From positions 6,159-70,158 of the forward strand of contig JACNKX010000113.1 of NCBI GenBank assembly GCA_014381825.1: 64,000 nt of DNA, written 5' to 3'. The notes under the pieces are model-generated. The model was given only the letters and a program-made list of their open reading frames with translations. It had not been told where the DNA came from and searched no databases. A program made the position numbers and the translations under genes. This DNA comes from Planctomycetota bacterium (lineage in GTDB: Bacteria; Planctomycetota; Planctomycetia; Pirellulales; Pirellulaceae). This document shows, in pieces, positions 33,868 to 44,133 of this stretch. Position 1 is the stretch's first letter. The number at the start of each line of letters is the position of its first letter.

Positions 33868-34251
33868 ATGCCACTCGCCCATGTAACGCTTGCAGTTCGC
33901 AATGTGCCGCAGACAGTCCAATTCTTCGAGAACGTATTCGGCTGGCAACCAATTCATCGGCCCGATAACATCGCTGGCACGGCAGGTTGGTTAGACATTG
34001 GGAACGACAATCAGATCCACTTATTACAGTTTCCCGACTTCGAGCCGTCGGTATTCGAGGCCGAATATGGCCGCCACATCGCCGTCTTCTTTCCAGGCAG
34101 CAGGTTCGGCGAACTCAAACAGCGGTTGGCCGATGCGGGTGCTGAGTTGATCAACGCGAAACGTCCGACACCGTTCGAGCGGTTCTTCTTCCGAGAACCA
34201 AACGGATATGTTTTCGAAGTGATCGATCAAGACGGCTATAACGCAAAATAG
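33868..34251 (+). CDS. VOC (glyoxalase/bleomycin-resistance/dioxygenase) family protein
   Basis: 'MPLAHVTLAVRNVPQTVQFFENVFGW' and 'HIAVFF...FFFREPNGYVFEV' fit the βαβββ module pattern. The internal ATG is chosen because the upstream part of the track ORF looks non-coding. Confidence 0.7.
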   Translation: MPLAHVTLAVRNVPQTVQFFENVFGWQPIHRPDNIAGTAGWLDIGNDNQIHLLQFPDFEPSVFEAEYGRHIAVFFPGSRFGELKQRLADAGAELINAKRPTPFERFFFREPNGYVFEVIDQDGYNAK

Positions 34252-34295
34252 CGAAACGTGGCGGTTGTGTCGGAGCAATATGCTCCCGCCACTCG

Positions 34296-35393
34296 CTAAG
34301 CGATCACGGGTTCAGCGTCGATGTGTACGCGTCGCGTGGGATACGTCAGCCATCGGAGCGAATCGAGCAGTTCGAGGGCCTCGGATTCGCTCTCGTGGGA
34401 TTGCAACTTGTGGGTCAACAGTTTGAACATCAACCGACCAGTCGGCCAACGAACTTGCATTACTTCCCCACAAGTTTCTAGTAGCTGGTAGATGCGGGCG
34501 CGCGTGACGCCTAACTCTGACGCCTGATCGCGAACACCTTCTGGAAACGCTTCGACACCCAATCGCCCCGCTGCCAAACGATGAACCGTTTCGCCAGCGT
34601 CGCGTTCAATCTGATTTAGAACGGGCAATACAAGATGCTGGCGGATGTCTTGCACCGATGGAACGTCTTCGCTTGCGAGGGCGCTATGCAGCCATTGTTC
34701 GATAGGCGGAATGAAAGCCGGTGTCAACTGAGCCACGACGCGAGTCGCTGCTTGCGAGCTGCCGAGCAACGTGTGGACGACATGAAACACTTCGAGCACC
34801 GCATTCACGCGTTTGTTACCGTGAGTCTTCAGCAAACGCAATTCGTCGATCGTGTATTGCAAATACTCGCCCAGCGTCTTGTTCCAAATCACCGTCTGCA
34901 GAGACTGAAGCGAGGGAGCGAGGCGGCCGAGCGTTTCGTCGTGAAGTCGATGACGCCGGACTGTCTCTTGCCACTCAGCCCACATCAACTGCGATACATT
35001 CTCGGGATCGAAGACCTCTTGTTGCAGCGAGATCGAGTCAACCGCCGATGGATCAACTTCCTCACGCGATGATACTTCGGCTGTTAGCGATCGCTGCATT
35101 AGCGTCACGAGCGAAGCGAATTTCTTGTGTCCAACACCAGGTGTCGCGAGCAGGTGATCATAGGATGCGGTGGTAAGTTGCCGAACGGTCAGATCCATCA
35201 ACGCATACGGTAAGCGACGATCGGAAGCCACCGCCCAATGAGCAATCGGTCGATCGAAGTGGCTCGCAGGCGCTGCGGCTAGCCGAGTCACAAGATCCTC
35301 GAACTGAGCCTTCAGGGCGAAATCTTCTGTCGAAACCGTTCGCCGAGGCGGCGAAGATGGTGAGCTTGTTGCGTACATCCGTGTTGCATCCAT
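34296..35393 (-). CDS. Hypothetical protein with C-terminal sigma-70 region-4-like HTH
   Basis: 365 aa with ATG start. 'ASELGVTRARIYQLLETC' resembles a sigma region 4.2 HTH. Confidence 0.55.
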   Translation of the reverse strand: MDATRMYATSSPSSPPRRTVSTEDFALKAQFEDLVTRLAAAPASHFDRPIAHWAVASDRRLPYALMDLTVRQLTTASYDHLLATPGVGHKKFASLVTLMQRSLTAEVSSREEVDPSAVDSISLQQEVFDPENVSQLMWAEWQETVRRHRLHDETLGRLAPSLQSLQTVIWNKTLGEYLQYTIDELRLLKTHGNKRVNAVLEVFHVVHTLLGSSQAATRVVAQLTPAFIPPIEQWLHSALASEDVPSVQDIRQHLVLPVLNQIERDAGETVHRLAAGRLGVEAFPEGVRDQASELGVTRARIYQLLETCGEVMQVRWPTGRLMFKLLTHKLQSHESESEALELLDSLRWLTYPTRRVHIDAEPVIA

Positions 35394-35719
35394 GCGGTGA
35401 TTTTGTGGCAGTTGAGGCGGCCAGTATCTAGGTAGGTACCTTGCGGCGGATACTAACTAACGAGGCTGCTTCGTCAAATCTAGGTGGGATAGGCAAAATG
35501 GTGTCTGCTCCCCAACCATCGCCACCGTTATTCTGGAGGTGAAGCGAACAAGCGTCAAGGAGGTGATGGCATCCGGACGCAAAACAAGTCGTCTCAATCA
35601 GTTGCGCCACTTGGTGCGAGTCGAATCCTGATAGTCCGGATGGGTTGTGGGCCGAAGTCCGGTCGGCGTTTATATTCAATCCTCCTACCTAGATCTGTCG
35701 CTGGCCCATCAAGGAACCA

Positions 35720-36787
35720 ATGCGGATGAGCACCAATCGAATCGCAGTCTATTCTGGCGACGGGATCGGTCCCGGGGTCATCGCCCAGGCGTTGCGAGTC
35801 CTAAACGCGGTTCAACACGATTGCGCGGAACTAACGTTGGAATTCGAGCCGCTTGATTGGGGAGTTCAGCGTTGGGAACGGACAGGAAGTGTCGTGCCCG
35901 ATGATTTTCTCGATATCCTTCGACCGTTCGATGCGATCCTGCTGGGAGCTGTCGGCTGGCCCGACAAGATTCCCGATCACGTGACGTTGGCTCCGCTAGT
36001 TGCCATCCGACAAACGTTCGATCAATACGCTTGCGTTCGTCCCGCGCGATTGTACCCGGGTGTTCGAAGTGTCCTCGCGGACAAGGGCACTGATGATATC
36101 GACTTTGTCGTGATTCGAGAAAACTCAGAGGGCGAGTACGTCAACAACGGCGGTCGATTACGTCGTGGGCAGCCCGATGAAGTCACCATTCAAACAGCGT
36201 TGCACACGCGGCGCGGCGTCGATCGAATCCTGCGATACGGATTCGCGATGGCCCGCACAAGGCGTTCCAAGCTGACGATGATTACGAAGTCCAATGCGCA
36301 GGCTTATGCCTACGTATTGTGGGACGAGATTCTTGAGGAGTTATCCGCGGAGTTTACTGATGTCGAGACCGATCGCCAACACTGTGATGCGGCAGCGATG
36401 AATCTGGTTCGCCGCCCAGAGAGCTTTGATGTGATCGTGGCATCCAATTTGTTCGGCGACTTGCTGACGGATCTGGGCGGAGTTATCGGTGGCGGATTGG
36501 GACTAGCGGCCAGCACAAACACGAATCCAGAGCGAAACTTTCCATCTATGTTCGAACCAGTACACGGCTCCGCTCCCGATATCGCCGGACAAGGAATCGC
36601 GAACCCGGTCGCAGCGATCCTCAGCAGCGCGATGATGCTCGATCATCTCGGTGCTGCATCAAGCGCGCAGCAAGTACGTCGTGCGGTCGAGAAGACGCTG
36701 GCCGAGGGATGCCATACACCGGACCTTGGCGGGACTTTGACGACGGAGCAAGTCGGAGATGCCGTCTTGGAGCGATTGGATGCGTAG
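35720..36787 (+). CDS. Isocitrate/isopropylmalate dehydrogenase family (tartrate dehydrogenase-like)
   Basis: 'IAVYSGDGIGPGV', 'VVIRENSEGEY', 'ASNLFGDLLTDLG' and 'EPVHGSAPDIAG' family motifs are present. Confidence 0.85.
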   Translation: MRMSTNRIAVYSGDGIGPGVIAQALRVLNAVQHDCAELTLEFEPLDWGVQRWERTGSVVPDDFLDILRPFDAILLGAVGWPDKIPDHVTLAPLVAIRQTFDQYACVRPARLYPGVRSVLADKGTDDIDFVVIRENSEGEYVNNGGRLRRGQPDEVTIQTALHTRRGVDRILRYGFAMARTRRSKLTMITKSNAQAYAYVLWDEILEELSAEFTDVETDRQHCDAAAMNLVRRPESFDVIVASNLFGDLLTDLGGVIGGGLGLAASTNTNPERNFPSMFEPVHGSAPDIAGQGIANPVAAILSSAMMLDHLGAASSAQQVRRAVEKTLAEGCHTPDLGGTLTTEQVGDAVLERLDA

Positions 36788-36837
36788 ATGGGTGTTGTGG
36801 TGCGGCTGAGGCCGGCACCCTTACATGTTCGCGGCTA

Positions 36838-37800
36838 CTATTCGCCTTTACTCTGCAGCCACGTCACGCCGCGGATCAGCCAGATGATCGCGATTCCGCC
36901 AACTGCGGCCAACAAAGTACCGGCTCGAAACACAGCTTGTGCGGCGTTCGCTGGCTGGTTCCGTGAAAACATGAACAAGCTCACCGCGAGTCCGATCCAG
37001 CAAAACATCTCGATTCCCTGGTACCGCTGTTTCGCCTTTGGCTTCGGCACATCCGGTGTTGCGACCGCCAGTCGCTGTAACCGCACGAGTTCACCATCGC
37101 TGACAGGAACGTAAACGCCACGCTCCACGTTAAACGCAAAGTTCTCCTTCTCGTACTCGCGGAGCATTTCTTCAAGTTGATTCGCGTCGTACACCGTGAC
37201 GACGGACGACGACGACGAATTCAATCGCGCCAAATGCCGCTCTTGGACTTCCGGCATCGGCTTTCCAGCGTGAATTTCTCCTAGAATGTGCGGCGGTGAA
37301 TCGAGATCTCCTTTCGATCCGGTTGTCACCAAAGCCGTGCCATCGGTAAGACGGCTCATGAATGCAAAGACGACTTTCTCATCCACAACAACCTGTGTCC
37401 AAGTCCTGGCGTAAACGATCAGTAAAACACTACGACCGTCTTCGCTAAAGAATGTTGCCGCCGCCCCTTCGATGGTACCGACCGTCGGAAGCCAGTAAGA
37501 AAATGCGTACTTTAGATTCAGAGCCAACGCTTGGTCAGCGACGGGCTTGATGCACTCTCTTGCTCGAACCGAAAGATCTTGCGGCGCGATGCGCTGAAAG
37601 TGACGTGTGTCGGCAAAGGCGAACGACATCGGCAGTCGGATTCGCAGGGTCTTGAGACAAAGGCCAATCACAAGCTCGATGAAGTTCTTCGAGATGCGGC
37701 GATACTCGTTCAGGCTCAGCTTAGTGCTAAGCGGTTGGTAATACGTCAGCGAAGAAAGCGATGCTTCATATCGAGGAGTTTCATAAGGATTCTGACTCAT
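36838..37800 (-). CDS. Hypothetical membrane-anchored protein
   Basis: 320-aa ORF with ATG start. It has two C-terminal TM helices and no recognised domain. Confidence 0.5.
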   Translation of the reverse strand: MSQNPYETPRYEASLSSLTYYQPLSTKLSLNEYRRISKNFIELVIGLCLKTLRIRLPMSFAFADTRHFQRIAPQDLSVRARECIKPVADQALALNLKYAFSYWLPTVGTIEGAAATFFSEDGRSVLLIVYARTWTQVVVDEKVVFAFMSRLTDGTALVTTGSKGDLDSPPHILGEIHAGKPMPEVQERHLARLNSSSSSVVTVYDANQLEEMLREYEKENFAFNVERGVYVPVSDGELVRLQRLAVATPDVPKPKAKQRYQGIEMFCWIGLAVSLFMFSRNQPANAAQAVFRAGTLLAAVGGIAIIWLIRGVTWLQSKGE

Positions 37801-37953
37801 GACGGCGACTCCGGCTTTCGACTTGAACGTCTCTCAGGCACGCGCTCGTATTCTGTCAGATGCATTTGCGATTGCAACGCTAGGTTCTGACGCTTCAGTC
37901 GATTACTATATCCCTATTCGTTCAGGCCACTCATTCAGATTGCGGAGTTCGTT

Positions 37954-38958
37954 ATGGGTTTGCATCGTCGAGACTTCATGAAACATGCGTCAGTCGGAAC
38001 GCTGACGGCTGGAACGTTTGCTGGTTTAGGATCGCAACCAACCCGCGCCGCAGAAGCAACAAAGGAATCCACCGGATTACCGATTATCGACACCCATCAA
38101 CATCTGTGGGATCTGTCCAAGTTTCAACCTCCTTGGTTGAGCGGTGCGCCCGAAGTACTTTCTAAGAGTTATGTCACGAAGGACTACTTAGCGGCGACGG
38201 CCGGATTGAATGTCGTAAAGGCCGTCTATATGGAAGTCGATGTTGCGCCGAAGCAACAAGTCGAAGAAGCCGAACATGTCATCGCTCTTTCGAAGAGCAA
38301 AGATCATCCGACGGTCGGTGCTGTCATCTCGGGTCGCCCCAACTCGGCAAGCTTCAAATCTTACATCACGCAATTCAAGGACAGCCCTTACATCAAAGGT
38401 GTGCGACAAGTGCTTCATGCGCCGAGCGCGGCGCGAGGATTGTGTAACGAGAAGCAATTCGTCGCTTCGATGCGTCTGCTCGGCGAACTAGGGATGAGCT
38501 ACGACCTTTGCATGCGCCCGACGGAACTCGCGGACGGTGCCAAACTGGCGAAGCAATGTCCCGATACACGCTTCGTCGTCGATCATTGCGGCAACGCAGA
38601 CCCCAATGCATTTATGCCTGACTCAGCAGAAGAACCCTCCCACGAAGTCGATCAATGGAAACGAGACTTGGCCAAGCTCGCCAATCAGCCGAATGTCATC
38701 TGCAAGATCTCGGGCATCATCGCTCGCGCCCCGAAGGGCGAATGGAAGTCAGACATCCTCGCACCCGCGATCAACTTCTGCCTAGACGAGTTCGGCCCGG
38801 ATCGAGTTGTCTTCGGCGGCGACTGGCCAGTGTGTTTACTCGGCGGCAGTTATCGACGCTGGGTAGAATCGCTGAAAGAAGTGATCAGTAATCGCAGCGA
38901 AGCCGATCAACGAAAGCTACTGCACGACAATGCCGAGAAGTTCTATCGGTTGACGTAG
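37954..38958 (+). CDS. Amidohydrolase-2 family (PF04909-like) with Tat signal
   Basis: 'RRDFMKHASVGTLTAGTFAG' twin-arginine leader and the 'IIDTHQHLWD' metal motif are present. Confidence 0.8.
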   Translation: MGLHRRDFMKHASVGTLTAGTFAGLGSQPTRAAEATKESTGLPIIDTHQHLWDLSKFQPPWLSGAPEVLSKSYVTKDYLAATAGLNVVKAVYMEVDVAPKQQVEEAEHVIALSKSKDHPTVGAVISGRPNSASFKSYITQFKDSPYIKGVRQVLHAPSAARGLCNEKQFVASMRLLGELGMSYDLCMRPTELADGAKLAKQCPDTRFVVDHCGNADPNAFMPDSAEEPSHEVDQWKRDLAKLANQPNVICKISGIIARAPKGEWKSDILAPAINFCLDEFGPDRVVFGGDWPVCLLGGSYRRWVESLKEVISNRSEADQRKLLHDNAEKFYRLT

Positions 38959-38961
38959 TCG

Positions 38962-40077
38962 CTAGCGGCTGAATCGCTGCAATGCATCTCGATTTAACTC
39001 GATCCCAAGTCCCGGCTTATCCGGAATTGTGAGACAACCTTGCTCGTCAAGTTGAAAGGGTTCGACGAGTATCTCATCAATGTAGGGAGCCGGCGTTAGG
39101 AACTCGACGTAACGAGCGACGGGAATAGCAGCAGCGAGATGCAAGTCGGCGGCAAGGCCTACGGCGGTGTTCCAGCCATGGCTGACGAATTGGATGTTGT
39201 GATCATACGCGTGCCAAGCGATGCGTCTTGCTTCCGTCAAGCCACCGCACTTGGTTGCGTCGGGCTGGACGATGTCGAACGCTCCGCGCTCGATCCACGA
39301 TTGAAAAGACTGCCGCCGCGTTAGCACTTCGCCACCAGCAATCGGCAGCGGAGCATTGTTGCGAAGTCGAATGAACCCTTCGATATCGTCGGGCGGCAGC
39401 GGCTCTTCGAACCAGCCAACGTCGTACTCAGCCAGCATCTGCGCCGTTCGCAAGGCCCATTTGTATCCGTGCGGCCAAAACTGTTCGCTGCCGCCTGCGT
39501 CGACCAAGATGTCAATTTCTGGTCCAACGGTCTCGCGAGCCGTACGAACAAGCAACTCGTCGAATTTTGCATTTCGTCGTCCAAACGGTCGCCAGCCCAA
39601 CTTAATCGCGCGAAACCCTCGCGACGAAACGCTCTTCAATCGTTCGGCCAATACGTCAGGTTCGTCGAACAACATCGAGGCGTACGGTTTGATTTTGCGT
39701 CGGTAATATCCCCCCAGCAGTCGAGCGACGGGCTGGTTGCATGCCTTGCCAAACAGATCCCACAACGCGATATCGATTCCGGAGATCACATGCTCGAGCG
39801 TGCCGCCGCGTCCCTGCCAGAAGCTGCTTTGACGCAACTTCTCGCTGACGCGTTCTGGTTCTAATGCCGACTCGCCTTCCCAAAATCCCCGCAAGGTTTC
39901 CACGCCAGCATAAGTCAGGGCGGAGTTTGTAAAGACACTTCCAACTCCCGTTAGTCCTTCGTCGGTTTCGACTTCAACAAGGGTATGAAGGTCATCTTCC
40001 GGTTCATGCCCTTCCGGCCAGCCGCCGTCAACGGTGCCACCGATCAGCTGATGAATCTTGATGTCGCGAATTTGCAT
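38962..40077 (-). CDS. Enolase-superfamily enzyme (mandelate racemase/acid-sugar dehydratase-like)
   Basis: 'LVEVETDEGLTGVGS', 'DAGG', 'WFEEP' and 'DIVQPD' are the typical metal-ligand and barrel motifs. Confidence 0.8.
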   Translation of the reverse strand: MQIRDIKIHQLIGGTVDGGWPEGHEPEDDLHTLVEVETDEGLTGVGSVFTNSALTYAGVETLRGFWEGESALEPERVSEKLRQSSFWQGRGGTLEHVISGIDIALWDLFGKACNQPVARLLGGYYRRKIKPYASMLFDEPDVLAERLKSVSSRGFRAIKLGWRPFGRRNAKFDELLVRTARETVGPEIDILVDAGGSEQFWPHGYKWALRTAQMLAEYDVGWFEEPLPPDDIEGFIRLRNNAPLPIAGGEVLTRRQSFQSWIERGAFDIVQPDATKCGGLTEARRIAWHAYDHNIQFVSHGWNTAVGLAADLHLAAAIPVARYVEFLTPAPYIDEILVEPFQLDEQGCLTIPDKPGLGIELNRDALQRFSR

Positions 40078-40154
40078 TGATGTATTAACTTTCTGACCGA
40101 CGAGGCTGATCGATTTAACGTGAATCGGAATTTACTGGCTGCGCCGCTTTCGTA

Positions 40155-41084
40155 CTATGCAAGTTTCAACAGCTGCCTTGCATTGTCGCGAAAGATTTTG
40201 GCTTGGACCTCTTCTGGCAGTTCAAGGTTTTTCTCGAAGAGCTCAAACTGTGGAACAGCTTGCCCGGGCGACAAGAAGTCCGTACCGAACATGATGCGGT
40301 CCTGTCGACGGATCAAGAACTCGCGACCGAATTCGAGATTGCGACGGATTGAATTCGCACCACTTCCGGCAGACAGTTCGCCGTAGATATTCGGGTAACT
40401 CTCCATCAGGCGGTCAATCGCTCCGCCCTCCACGGTCTTACCTTTCGGATAGCCACCAAGATCGGCTTGCGTCGCATCACCAGAAATGGATCCCCACCAC
40501 CCTGGACCATGCCCAATGAAAGTCGTTTCGGGATTCGCCTTCAACACACGTTCGAGACCGGGCAATCCAGGCACGTCGGTATTCCGTTGGTTGTCCAAGT
40601 GAAACAGCACGGGCAAACCGGCTTCACCACATCCAGCGAAGATCGCCATATTTCGCGGATCATCGAAGGCAATGCCGGGCTTGTGTTCGCCAAAGCCTTT
40701 CGCGCCTGCATCGATATACAGCTTCAGCATGTCGACCAATCCCTTATGCCCGCCACGATAGGACGTGCGAGGATCGATCGAACAGAAAGGAATGAGGCGA
40801 TCGCGATAAGGCTTCGTTTCCGATAGCACAAAGTTCGGGGTCAGCGGGTAACTCGACGACTCCGGATTGATCAACGGAAGGACAACGGCCTGTGCGATGT
40901 CGTTCGCATCCATCCAACGCAACAACACCTCGGCGGTAAGCACTTGCGTGCTGTTCCAAGTCTGGCCGAGATGTGTGTGCATGTCGAAGTATCGCCCCTT
41001 GGGAAACTTCGAATTGGCGGCAAGCAGCGGAGACGCTACGGCAGCTACTGAAACGCCGGACAAAAACGTTCTACGAGTTAACAT
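40155..41084 (-). CDS. Amidohydrolase-2 family with Tat signal
   Basis: 'MLTRRTFLSGVSVAAVASPLLA' leader and 'YFDMHTHLG' are present. The ATG at 41084 is preferred to the TTG at 41090. Confidence 0.8.
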   Translation of the reverse strand: MLTRRTFLSGVSVAAVASPLLAANSKFPKGRYFDMHTHLGQTWNSTQVLTAEVLLRWMDANDIAQAVVLPLINPESSSYPLTPNFVLSETKPYRDRLIPFCSIDPRTSYRGGHKGLVDMLKLYIDAGAKGFGEHKPGIAFDDPRNMAIFAGCGEAGLPVLFHLDNQRNTDVPGLPGLERVLKANPETTFIGHGPGWWGSISGDATQADLGGYPKGKTVEGGAIDRLMESYPNIYGELSAGSGANSIRRNLEFGREFLIRRQDRIMFGTDFLSPGQAVPQFELFEKNLELPEEVQAKIFRDNARQLLKLA

Positions 41085-41328
41085 CGGCAATCCCTCTCAA
41101 TGGTGCAACTGTCGCGCGAGATGGTTACATCGGAATTCGTAAGCGTAGTCTAACGCATCGACTGGCGGTATTCGATCCAAGGGCATTGCCACGGCCTTTC
41201 AAGCGAATTCACCCTTCGGTTGCCTGGAGTGAACATCCTGGTACGATGGTCGCGTCCGCCCCACGACAGAAGATTCACGCGCCGCAGGTGTTTTTGCAGT
41301 CGCGTCAAATAATCCCGAGGTAACGGAA

Positions 41329-42150
41329 ATGAAACTCGCCATCTGTAACGAGACCTTTCAAGAATGGCCCTTTGAAAAAGCGTTCGCCTTCGCACGCGAA
41401 TGTGGTTATACGGGCGTCGAATTCGCTCCGTTCACGATTAATAAAGACGCGTACAAAATCACCGCCGAACAGCGAGCCCAAGTGCGAAAGCAAGCCGAGG
41501 ACGCTGGTCTTGAACCGATCGGCCTGCATTGGTTACTTGCATTTACCGAGGGCTACTACCTGACATCGCCCGACGCGGACGTCCGCCAGAAAACCGGCGA
41601 TTATCTCGCCGAACTGGCACGACTTTGTCGAGATCTCGGTGGCAAGGTATTGGTACTTGGTTCCCCGATGCAGCGAAATCTGTTGCCCGGAGTCGACCAC
41701 GATCAAGCGATGGCAAACGCTACTGAAGTAATTAAACAAGCGATTCCCGTGATGGCTGACTGTGGGGTTACGCTGGCACTCGAACCGCTCGGACCGGAAG
41801 AAGGAGACTTCCTGCGAACAGCCGAATTGGGCATTCAACTCGCGGAGATGGTGGACTCGCCAAACTGTCGACTGCATTTGGATGTAAAGGCGATGTCCTC
41901 TGAGGAAAAACCAATCGTCGACATCATTCGGGACAGCACGAACTGGATCGAGCACTTCCACGCGAACGATGCGAACCGACGAGGCCCGGGCATGGGTGAG
42001 ATTGACTTCGTGCCGATCCTGCAAACGCTTAAAGACCTTGACTACGACGGCTGGGTGTCGGTCGAGGTCTTCGATTACGAGCCGGGAGTTGAATCACTCG
42101 CGAAGGACAGCATCGAGTATCTGAAAGCGTGCTTGGAGAAGCTGGCTTAA
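41329..42150 (+). CDS. Sugar phosphate isomerase/epimerase (xylose-isomerase-like TIM barrel)
   Basis: 273 aa with the typical 'LALEP' and 'HAND' motifs. Confidence 0.8.
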   Translation: MKLAICNETFQEWPFEKAFAFARECGYTGVEFAPFTINKDAYKITAEQRAQVRKQAEDAGLEPIGLHWLLAFTEGYYLTSPDADVRQKTGDYLAELARLCRDLGGKVLVLGSPMQRNLLPGVDHDQAMANATEVIKQAIPVMADCGVTLALEPLGPEEGDFLRTAELGIQLAEMVDSPNCRLHLDVKAMSSEEKPIVDIIRDSTNWIEHFHANDANRRGPGMGEIDFVPILQTLKDLDYDGWVSVEVFDYEPGVESLAKDSIEYLKACLEKLA

Positions 42151-42539
42151 GCTCCCGCTTTCAGCTCGGCGAGATGCTGGGCCGTTCCGACGAGTCGGTC
42201 CCAGTTTTCGTAGATGTACTCGGGAGGTCCGCCGATTTGCGCAACAACTTGAGCGACTTGCTCGGTCGGCACCATCTCGATCGCGTCCCACGGACAAACG
42301 AGCAATTCGTACGGGTTCGATTTCTTCTGAGGGATGTGGACGCAAACTTCACATCCGACACATCGCTCGATATCGATTTCGCACCAGGACTGGTTCCCCT
42401 TGACGCCCCAATTCATCGTCTTCATTTCGATGCAATCGACCGGACAGACCTCGAGGCACGACTCACACCCGGTGCAGTTATCCGCATTGATAACGGCCAA
42501 TTCCTTCGGCAGCTTCTTTCGCGGTCCCTGTTTTGCCAT
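42147..42539 (-). CDS. 4Fe-4S dicluster ferredoxin-like protein
   Basis: Two CxxCxxCxxxCP-type motifs are present ('CTGCESCLEVCP' and 'CVGCEVC...CP'). The start is set at the ATG at 42539 (MAKQG), because the track's 76-aa N-terminal extension overlaps lysA. Confidence 0.75.
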   Translation of the reverse strand: MAKQGPRKKLPKELAVINADNCTGCESCLEVCPVDCIEMKTMNWGVKGNQSWCEIDIERCVGCEVCVHIPQKKSNPYELLVCPWDAIEMVPTEQVAQVVAQIGGPPEYIYENWDRLVGTAQHLAELKAGA

Positions 42540-42741
42540 CGAACGTGTCCTTGGTCGCGTATGTAAGTCCTGATTAGTCAGGATGTTACGAGCCAGTAAG
42601 CTCGTCGCCTGAGAACTTTGAGATTTGCAAGTATAGGTAGTGATCGACCGCCAGCCAACCGGTTCTCCCGGAATTCGAAGGCGACCAAAGCGATGCCATG
42701 ACCAGCTTTCAGACAGATTCATAGACGTCGAATCTCGTCTG

Positions 42742-44016
42742 TCAATCACGCGGCGGAATCGCCTCACCTCGCATCAGGTCGTCGTAGGTTTGCCGTGCGC
42801 GAACTAAGTGAGTTCTTTCGTCTTCGATCATAACCTCGGCGGCCATTGGCTTCGAGTTGTAATTCGACGACATGACAAAGCCGTAAGCTCCGGCACATTC
42901 GATCACCAAGTGGTCGCCGACGCTGGCGACTGGCAGCGACCGCTTCGCAACAAACCCGCCCTCTTCCTGCGTGAAGATGTCGCCAGACTCGCACAGCGGC
43001 CCTCCAACCACAACGTCATGCGACGGGCGGTCCAAGTCATCAGAGGCCGGTGCGATTGAAATCGGATGGTATGAGCCGTACATGATCGGGCGAGCCAAGT
43101 TGTTGAATCCGGCATCGACAACGTAAAATGTATTGTTACCCATCTTCTTGACCGCGCGGATCTCGGCGATCAAATAACCGCTTTCGGCGGCTAGGTAGCG
43201 TCCTGGTTCAATCTCGAGAGAAATCTTGTGGCCAAAGCTCGCTTCAAGCCGCTTGCGAGTTGCATCCCACAAACCGAAGTACTGCTCGATGTCGATGAAC
43301 GATTCGTCATCCTTATACGCGATCGGTAGACCACCGCCGGCGCTAATGTTCGTCACGGTTCGACCGACGGTCAACGCGAGCTTCTCCATCGCGCCACACA
43401 CCTGCGCCAAATGTTCCAGATCGGTTCCTGATCCGATGTGCATGTGCAAACCGGAGACACCAATTCCATATTGGTCCGCTCGCCGCAAGCAATCATCGAT
43501 CTGTTCGTGCCAGATGCCGTGCTTCGACTGCTCGCCACCTGTGTTCGTCTTCTGACTGTGTCCGTGCCCGAATCCAGGATTCACGCGCAACGTGATATTC
43601 CGCCCCGGAGCAACTTCTCCCAGTTGGCTGATCATGTCGGGCGAGCCGCAATTCACGTGAATGTCGTGTTCGACGACCAGCGCGAGCGCGTCGCGATCAA
43701 AGATATCGGCCGTGAAGACGATCGCCGATGGTTCACCACCCGGCTTGTAACCCGCCGCAAAGGCGCGATGAATTTCGCCGGCACTCACGGCATCGACGAG
43801 CCCACCGTGTCGTCGCACGAGATCAACAATCGCGATATTCGAGTTTGCCTTTTGAGCGTAACGCACGGCATCAAAGGCGCTCAAATCATTTAGCCGCTCA
43901 ACGATTTTTGCCGCGTCATAGACATAAGTCGGCGTCCCAAATTGCTTCGCCAATTCGCTGACCGAAATCCCGCCTATTTCCGTCCGTATCGTTGAGAATT
44001 CGCTAACCGCAGGCAT
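42742..44016 (-). CDS. lysA: Diaminopimelate decarboxylase
   Basis: Fold-III PLP decarboxylase motifs are present ('YAQKANSN', 'HMHIGSG', 'GGGLPIAY', 'CESGD'). The ATG at 44016 is preferred to the TTG at 44055. Confidence 0.85.
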   Translation of the reverse strand: MPAVSEFSTIRTEIGGISVSELAKQFGTPTYVYDAAKIVERLNDLSAFDAVRYAQKANSNIAIVDLVRRHGGLVDAVSAGEIHRAFAAGYKPGGEPSAIVFTADIFDRDALALVVEHDIHVNCGSPDMISQLGEVAPGRNITLRVNPGFGHGHSQKTNTGGEQSKHGIWHEQIDDCLRRADQYGIGVSGLHMHIGSGTDLEHLAQVCGAMEKLALTVGRTVTNISAGGGLPIAYKDDESFIDIEQYFGLWDATRKRLEASFGHKISLEIEPGRYLAAESGYLIAEIRAVKKMGNNTFYVVDAGFNNLARPIMYGSYHPISIAPASDDLDRPSHDVVVGGPLCESGDIFTQEEGGFVAKRSLPVASVGDHLVIECAGAYGFVMSSNYNSKPMAAEVMIEDERTHLVRARQTYDDLMRGEAIPPRD

Positions 44017-44133
44017 GATCGTTTGCACCTCTCGTACAGCCCAATTTTTAATCAACTGTTAACTTGCACGGTAGTCAATCGTGACAGCAAAGAGAAGTCC
44101 CCAGCGGCATTCACACTGCTCTCGGTTAGCAAT

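Noticed and set aside
35428-35679. An 83-aa ORF in the divergent intergenic region, and similarly 16884..17267, 19541..19816 and 9642..9974.
   Set aside because: They have no RBS and no recognisable motif, and they lie in promoter regions or overlap better-supported genes on the other strand.
42540-42767. The 76-aa N-terminal extension of the ferredoxin ORF.
   Set aside because: It is Arg/Ser-rich with a non-coding look and overlaps the lysA 3' end. The conserved ferredoxin sequence starts at MAKQG (42539).
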